A stretch of 40,389 bases of DNA from Spirochaetaceae bacterium. GTDB taxonomy: Bacteria > Spirochaetota > Spirochaetia > Treponematales > Breznakiellaceae. The DNA lies in NCBI GenBank assembly GCA_031265535.1, contig JAISCO010000322.1:1-40389 (forward strand). The letters run 5' to 3'. Positions 36,591 through 40,389 of this stretch are shown piece after piece; position 1 is the stretch's first letter, and every line of letters starts with the position of its first letter. The notes beneath the pieces were generated by a model. The model saw nothing but the letters and a program-made list of their open reading frames with translations, made no database searches and was not told the DNA's origin. Both the position numbers and the translations under genes were made by a program.

Positions 36591-36721
36591 TATACCTCCT
36601 GGATGCCTGTGCCTTGATAGCTTTTCTTGACGACCTCTCTGCCGTCATTGTTACCAAAGATGACGAGATAAAGGCCGCTGAACAGGCGGACGCGCCGGCC
36701 GTTTTTTGGCTTGCGAAATAG
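36587..36721 (+). pseudogene. truncated PIN-domain (VapC-like) toxin remnant
   Basis: The frame gives (L)IYLLDACALIAFLDDLSAVIVTKDDEIKAAEQADAPAVFWLAK followed by stop, 44 aa in all. The N-terminal 'YLLDxxALIAFL' is the classic first PIN strand and acidic residue. It is joined directly to a 'IVTKDDE' C-terminal-like segment, so the middle ~90 aa are missing. Confidence 0.45.
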
Positions 36722-36775
36722 TTTCATCATAAAATACTCCTCCATTTCCTACCAATGCGGACTAGGCGCTCAGAT

Positions 36776-36877
36776 TCACCTTGAATCTGTAAACGATAAG
36801 AGAAAATCCTCGATGGCCTTGTCCCAATCTTTTTTTGCGGAATACGCAAAGCCGCGCCTCGAATACGCGCTAATAAA
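36776..36877 (-). pseudogene. TPR gene fragment
   Basis: The minus-strand frame between two stops reads FISAYSRRGFAYSAKKDWDKAIEDFLLSFTDSR. There is no start codon. It matches the TPR consensus of the intact TPR genes in this window. Confidence 0.35.
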
Positions 36878-36914
36878 TTAGCGGGAATTTATGCCGGCCC
36901 GCTTCATGCTTCCC

Positions 36915-37208
36915 CTAAAGCCCACGCAGCATATCAAGATTGCGCTGAGCTTCTTCATGTCCTTGGTTTGCGGCCTTTTGAAGCCATTCCGCGGCTTTGG
37001 TCAAATCCCGAACAAGCTCTTGTCCGTTGAAATACATCACGCCAAGACTGTTTTGAGCAGCGGCAAGTCCTTGGTTTGCAGCTTTTTCGACCCATTCGGC
37101 GCCGCCCGTTCGCCCGTCCAGTATCAACGACAGACCAAGTTCGAGTTGAGATTCGGCATCTCCCCGATAAGCCCCGTTGATTACTTCGGCAGCAGTTTTA
37201 TTTCCCAT
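36915..37208 (-). CDS. Sel1-like repeat protein
   Basis: 97 aa. 'GDAESQLELGLSLILDG...AEWVEKAANQGLAAAQNSLGVMYFNGQ...KAAEWLQKAANQGHEEAQRNL'. SD GAGGAGG. Confidence 0.75.
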   Translation of the reverse strand: MGNKTAAEVINGAYRGDAESQLELGLSLILDGRTGGAEWVEKAANQGLAAAQNSLGVMYFNGQELVRDLTKAAEWLQKAANQGHEEAQRNLDMLRGL

Positions 37209-37309
37209 TTTCTTCCTCCTCTGTACTTACTGGTCTACATGACTTTTTGTTTGATCCTTAATAACAGGCTGTCCGGAAACCCGGTTCCCGAACAGCCGCC
37301 TGACTGCTA

Positions 37310-37495
37310 TTAAATTGAGCGCTGGTCTACGTCACACCCTTGATATCTGGTGTCTTGGGTGTTTATTTTCTGAACCGCCTCGTTACAAAACGGACAACGT
37401 TTTAGTTCAACCCTGAACACCTTGTCACATTGAGGACAATGTTTGGCTTCACCACCACTAAAAAAGCTACGCGGCATTTCACGAAGTTTTGCCAT
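37310..37495 (-). CDS. 61-aa Zn-ribbon protein
   Basis: Start at MAKLREM (GGGAGG upstream; the track starts 3 codons earlier). Cys pairs CPQC...CPFC. Paralogue of 35961-36116, including the upstream leader. Confidence 0.6.
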   Translation of the reverse strand: MAKLREMPRSFFSGGEAKHCPQCDKVFRVELKRCPFCNEAVQKINTQDTRYQGCDVDQRSI

Positions 37496-37574
37496 TTTTC
37501 TCACCTCCCTTTATTTTTTTACTAAACACCGCCCAACGGACGGAACTTGCCCCTGCGCGGCGCGTAATCGGACA

Positions 37575-38096
37575 TTATTTTTGTAGTATTATCTGTGTGA
37601 GGGTATCCCGCAAAAACTCCGCGATAAGATCAGGGGAAAACTGCGCGGTTTTCTCCCGGAATCCTTCAACTTGGAGGGGATCATGCGTCATCTCCATGGT
37701 CTTCCAAAAATCCGCGTTTGCCATGTTGTTGTCGCCCAATAAATAGTACGCCATTCCGCGGTGGTAATGAGCTTTTTCGTTATCAGGGTCGAGCCGGAGC
37801 GCCTCGGTGAAGTCCGTGATAGCGTGGGCAAAGTCTTTCCTGCCCATCTGATACGCGAGGCCGCGGTAGTAATACGCCTCGGCGTCATTCCGGTCAAGTT
37901 TTATTGCCCGGTCAAAATCCGCGATAGCCTTGTCGTGGTCATTCTTGTTCAAGAAATACATGTTGCCGCGCATATAATAGACACCGGCATCATTCGGGTC
38001 GAGACATATCGCCTCTGAGAAATCCGCGATTGCCAGGTCAACCTCACCGCTCTGATAATGCTCCGCCCCGCGTCGGCAATAGTTCTCTTTGGTCAT
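37575..38096 (-). CDS. TPR-repeat protein
   Basis: 173 aa with 'AIADFSEAICLDPNDAGVYYMRGNMY', 'AIADFDRAIKLDRNDAEAYYYRGLAY' and 'AITDFTEALRLDPDNEKAHYHRGMAY'. SD AAGGAGG. Confidence 0.85.
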   Translation of the reverse strand: MTKENYCRRGAEHYQSGEVDLAIADFSEAICLDPNDAGVYYMRGNMYFLNKNDHDKAIADFDRAIKLDRNDAEAYYYRGLAYQMGRKDFAHAITDFTEALRLDPDNEKAHYHRGMAYYLLGDNNMANADFWKTMEMTHDPLQVEGFREKTAQFSPDLIAEFLRDTLTQIILQK

Positions 38097-38135
38097 AATT
38101 TGCCTCCTTTACCGATAGGAAAAATGCTTTACTCA

Positions 38136-38327
38136 TCAGGTCCGATAGATAGTGTTGCCGTAGATATCCTTAATTTCGTTACCGGATACGCGGTATACCG
38201 TGTTACCGTAGATGTCCTTAATCTCGTTGCCGGATACGCGGTATATCGTGTTGCCGTAGAGATCTTTAATCTCGTTGCCGGATAACCGGCCTATTGTGTC
38301 GCCGTACTTGTCCTTAATATCTGTCAT
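38136..38327 (-). CDS. 63-aa protein made of 16-residue tandem repeats (SGNEIKDxYGNTxYRx)
   Basis: MTDIKDKYGDTIGRL followed by three SGNEIKD(L/I)YGNT(I/V)YR(V/T) units, visible as 48-bp DNA repeats. SD GAAGGAG. Confidence 0.65.
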   Translation of the reverse strand: MTDIKDKYGDTIGRLSGNEIKDLYGNTIYRVSGNEIKDIYGNTVYRVSGNEIKDIYGNTIYRT

Positions 38328-38409
38328 CGTTTAGTCTCCTTCCATACTTATACGGTACGATTGCCGTATCGGCTGACGTCCTTCGTCCATGGGGGAATGT
38401 TCAGCCCAA

Positions 38410-38697
38410 TTACCGGCGCGGCGCTCTAATTATATCCATCTGAAGCTGCCTTGCTTGGCTGTCGAGCGGGTCATAAGAAAGAGCTGTGCATATTTCTCCA
38501 TGCGCACCGCTGACGTCGCCCCTTCTAATCGCTTCCGCTGCAAGATTGTAATACGAAACACAGAGATTATGTTTTATATGTCCATCACCCGGATTGATTT
38601 GCAGGGCTTTTTTCCAGTTGTCTATGGCGCCCCTGATGTCCCCCGCCTGTGCGCAACTCATTGCCTGCCCGTTCAGGGCATTGACAGTGTCACTCAT
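38410..38697 (-). CDS. small TPR-like protein
   Basis: 95 aa with 'GDIRGAIDNWKKALQINPGDGHIKHNLCVSYYNLA...GDVSGAHGEICTALSYDP'. Confidence 0.65.
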   Translation of the reverse strand: MSDTVNALNGQAMSCAQAGDIRGAIDNWKKALQINPGDGHIKHNLCVSYYNLAAEAIRRGDVSGAHGEICTALSYDPLDSQARQLQMDIIRAPRR

Positions 38698-38887
38698 TGT
38701 TTTACCTCTCTCCTCTCATTTCCCCGCATAACCGGCGCGTTTAACGCCAATCCCTGTTTCAGAAAGGCTAACTCGTCATCCCCTAAATTAAAAAGCTTCA
38801 TACTTTTCTCCTTGCGGTCTTTCCCGCCGTCTAAATTTTATGTTTAAGCCGTATACGCATATACGGAAAAACTAATATTTTACCGGC

Positions 38888-39457
38888 CTACTGCTGACTC
38901 TTGGCGGTCTCCCCAGCATCCTTGTCATCGGTTTCCACTTTTTCTTCCGTCCCCAATGATTTCCAGCCCAATGGAAGCAGCGGGCGGCCATATCTATCCC
39001 GCCAGAAACGACGTTCTAGAATCCAGACGGTATTACTTGATGCGTTGTCCATAAAGCTATCGCTAAACGCGCCCGCAATGTCTCCTACCAGAGAGTATTT
39101 CCGCTCCTTATAGTTTACTGTCGAGAAAAACAGGATGCGAATGACATCTATCGCCCAGCCAACCCCAAACAGGCCAAGTGTGCACATGTAGATTACGCCG
39201 GTAACATAAAACTTCATGTAGAATCTATGCACACCCAGCCAGCCAAGGAGCACTGCCAGTAATAACACAGTACTTTTTTTCTTTGGCGGGTCTCCGACGC
39301 AAAGACGGCAATATGCTCCGTCATGGCACTCATCACAAACCGGTGCTCCACAAAAAGTACAGTAGCCAACAACCGCTTTATGCTGGGGACAACCACATTT
39401 GTCGCCATCATATCCATACTTTTCTTGTAATAAATTTACCTGTTGTTCAAGGTACAT
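38888..39457 (-). CDS. Cys-rich (B-box/Zn-ribbon-like) N-terminus + TM2-domain membrane protein
   Basis: 189 aa. 'CGCPQH...CTFCGAPVCDECHDGAYCRLC', then the TM2 signature 'LLAVLLGWLGVHRFYMKFYVTGVIYMCTLGLFGVGWAIDVI'. Class-1 leader upstream. Confidence 0.75.
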   Translation of the reverse strand: MYLEQQVNLLQEKYGYDGDKCGCPQHKAVVGYCTFCGAPVCDECHDGAYCRLCVGDPPKKKSTVLLLAVLLGWLGVHRFYMKFYVTGVIYMCTLGLFGVGWAIDVIRILFFSTVNYKERKYSLVGDIAGAFSDSFMDNASSNTVWILERRFWRDRYGRPLLPLGWKSLGTEEKVETDDKDAGETAKSQQ

Positions 39458-39464
39458 ACTAAAG

Positions 39465-39490
39465 CTTCCTTCCCGCCGTTACGCCGCGGA
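39465..39490 (-). promoter_or_regulatory. conserved 5' leader cassette, class 1 (copy 4 of 4)
   Basis: Minus-strand reading is TCCGCGGCGTAACGGCGGGAAGGAAG, then CTTTAGT and ATG. A TAAAAT box lies ~15 nt further upstream (GTGGATAAAATCAAACACGCGA). Confidence 0.5.
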
Positions 39491-39704
39491 TCGCGTGTTT
39501 GATTTTATCCACGCCCACATACAGTGGGGATGCTTGTTTACCGGCCGCGGTCTATTCCCGCCCGCAATGACCGGTTTGCCGGACATTTTCGCAATCCTCT
39601 CCTAAAAATCGGAAGGAAGCAAGATAAGAGCCGTAAAGATAATTATATTATACTTTATGATACTGGTCAATATCTTAGAAGCATTTATTATTTCTTTATA
39701 GAAT

Positions 39705-40109
39705 ATGGAAAGAATAGACGCAAATATTCGGGACATACTGGCAAGCAATATAAAGAAAAACCGCCGGAAGTGCGGTTTTTCGCAGGAAAAACTGGCCGAA
39801 AAAGCTGGGATTTCCACGCCATTTGTCGCCATGATAGAGGTTTCCCGTAAATTTCCAACCCCGGTCGTGCTGGATAGAATCGCCGGAGCCTTGAACATCA
39901 AAACCTATCAGCTTTTTGCTGTGCCGGTTTCCCCGGAAGAAGAAATGGAACAGCTACGCCGGGACATTGTAAGCGAAATTAAACAGACCGTTGGCGAGTC
40001 TGTCGCCGAGGCCGTGAAAAAAGCCTTTGCGGATAACTGCAAAGGCTGCCAAGACAGCCAAGACAGCCAAGACAGCCAAGACAGTTCAGGGACTACAGGC
40101 GCCGAATAA
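39705..40109 (+). CDS. XRE-family helix-turn-helix transcriptional regulator with a C-terminal QDS repeat
   Basis: 134 aa. 'IKKNRRKCGFSQEKLAEKAGISTPFVAMIEVSRKFPTPVVLDRIAGALNIKTYQLF' is a canonical Cro/C1-type HTH. Divergent from the TM2 gene. No clear SD. Confidence 0.8.
   Translation: MERIDANIRDILASNIKKNRRKCGFSQEKLAEKAGISTPFVAMIEVSRKFPTPVVLDRIAGALNIKTYQLFAVPVSPEEEMEQLRRDIVSEIKQTVGESVAEAVKKAFADNCKGCQDSQDSQDSQDSSGTTGAE
40048..40083 (+). repeat. 9-bp in-frame repeat (GCCAAGACA) x 4
   Basis: It encodes the QDSQDSQDSQDS tail of the XRE regulator. Confidence 0.9.
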
Positions 40110-40161
40110 AAAGGAAGGAAGAAAGGAAGGAAGAAGTAAAAGGGAAAAAGGAAGAATTAAC

Positions 40162-40193
40162 AATGAGGAATGAGGAATGAGGAATGAGGAATG
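40162..40193. repeat. heptanucleotide microsatellite (AATGAGG) x about 4.5 in a purine-rich tract
   Basis: aatgagg occurs at 40162, 40169, 40176 and 40183, then aatg. It is flanked by GGAAGGAAG-type low-complexity sequence (40110-40215). Confidence 0.9.
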
Positions 40194-40389
40194 TAAAAAG
40201 GAAAAGGTAAAAGGTAAAAGATTGCGCTATAAATTGCAACGCGGATTATCGAAGTGAACGCCGCTCCGCCCACAACGGCGCAAACAAGTTTGCGCGCAAA
40301 TTTGCGACTCAACTGCGTTGAGCTTGGGAAGAAAGCGCGATGAATCGCGGCAAAGCAAAACTCCATTTCTGGATGCTAACGCGGAGCGT

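Noticed and set aside
36260-36745. A 161-aa minus-strand ORF overlapping the VapB-like gene.
   Set aside because: It has no SD and an odd composition. It is antisense to a plus-strand ORF that has an SD and TA-like coupling to a PIN remnant.
36891-37313. A 140-aa plus-strand ORF.
   Set aside because: It is antisense to the Sel1-repeat ORF (36915-37208), which has a clear repeat signature and a strong SD.
40157-40366. A 69-aa minus-strand ORF at the right edge.
   Set aside because: It reads through the heptamer microsatellite and a purine-rich low-complexity tract. It has no SD or motif and is probably non-coding.

Overview
This is a bacterial window transcribed almost entirely right to left; only four plus-strand features are credible. 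I recognised no rRNA, tRNA, CRISPR array, transposase or integrase. All functional calls come from reading motifs in the supplied translations. No database search was possible, so family names are hypotheses to confirm with HMMs.

Zone 1 (1-1790) holds the tail of a LarA-family gene (+), a small lipoprotein (-) and a membrane-anchored SH3b protein (-).

Zone 2 (1793-28260) is the main result. It is one tightly packed minus-strand train of 17 ORFs with gaps of 3-96 nt, nearly all with an SD-like sequence. In transcription order it encodes:
- an unlisted Cys-rich 58-aa ORF;
- a VirD4/TraG-like P-loop ATPase and its Walker-A-less paralogue;
- a GrpE-like exchange factor;
- an Hsp70 carrying a ~335-aa C-terminal module, a lid-poor Hsp70, and an Hsp70-vWA fusion;
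- four proteins that all start with that same module (MTDYDFFDLTHLPFDPPEKAAQK...) but end differently: a glycine-zipper TM bundle, 5 WD40 repeats, 9 WD40 repeats, or a double Zn-ribbon plus Fn3/Ig-like beta domains;
- two tandem Zn-ribbon GTPases, an 842-aa possibly GAP1-like protein, and a polytopic-membrane Zn-ribbon GTPase;
- a small ParB-like (DGNHR) protein.

The GTPase half resembles the computationally predicted GTPase-centric conflict systems. I cannot place its coupling to a dedicated Hsp70/GrpE set, to a five-fold reused and possibly J-like adaptor module, and to a VirD4-like ATPase pair in any characterised system.

Zone 3 (28355-40389) is an accessory patchwork. It contains TPR/Sel1 proteins, lipoproteins, tiny Zn-ribbon proteins, a TM2-domain protein, a beta-helix protein, a VapB-like gene with a truncated PIN remnant, and an XRE regulator. 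It is threaded with several families of repeated leader and terminator cassettes, gene fragments and microsatellites.
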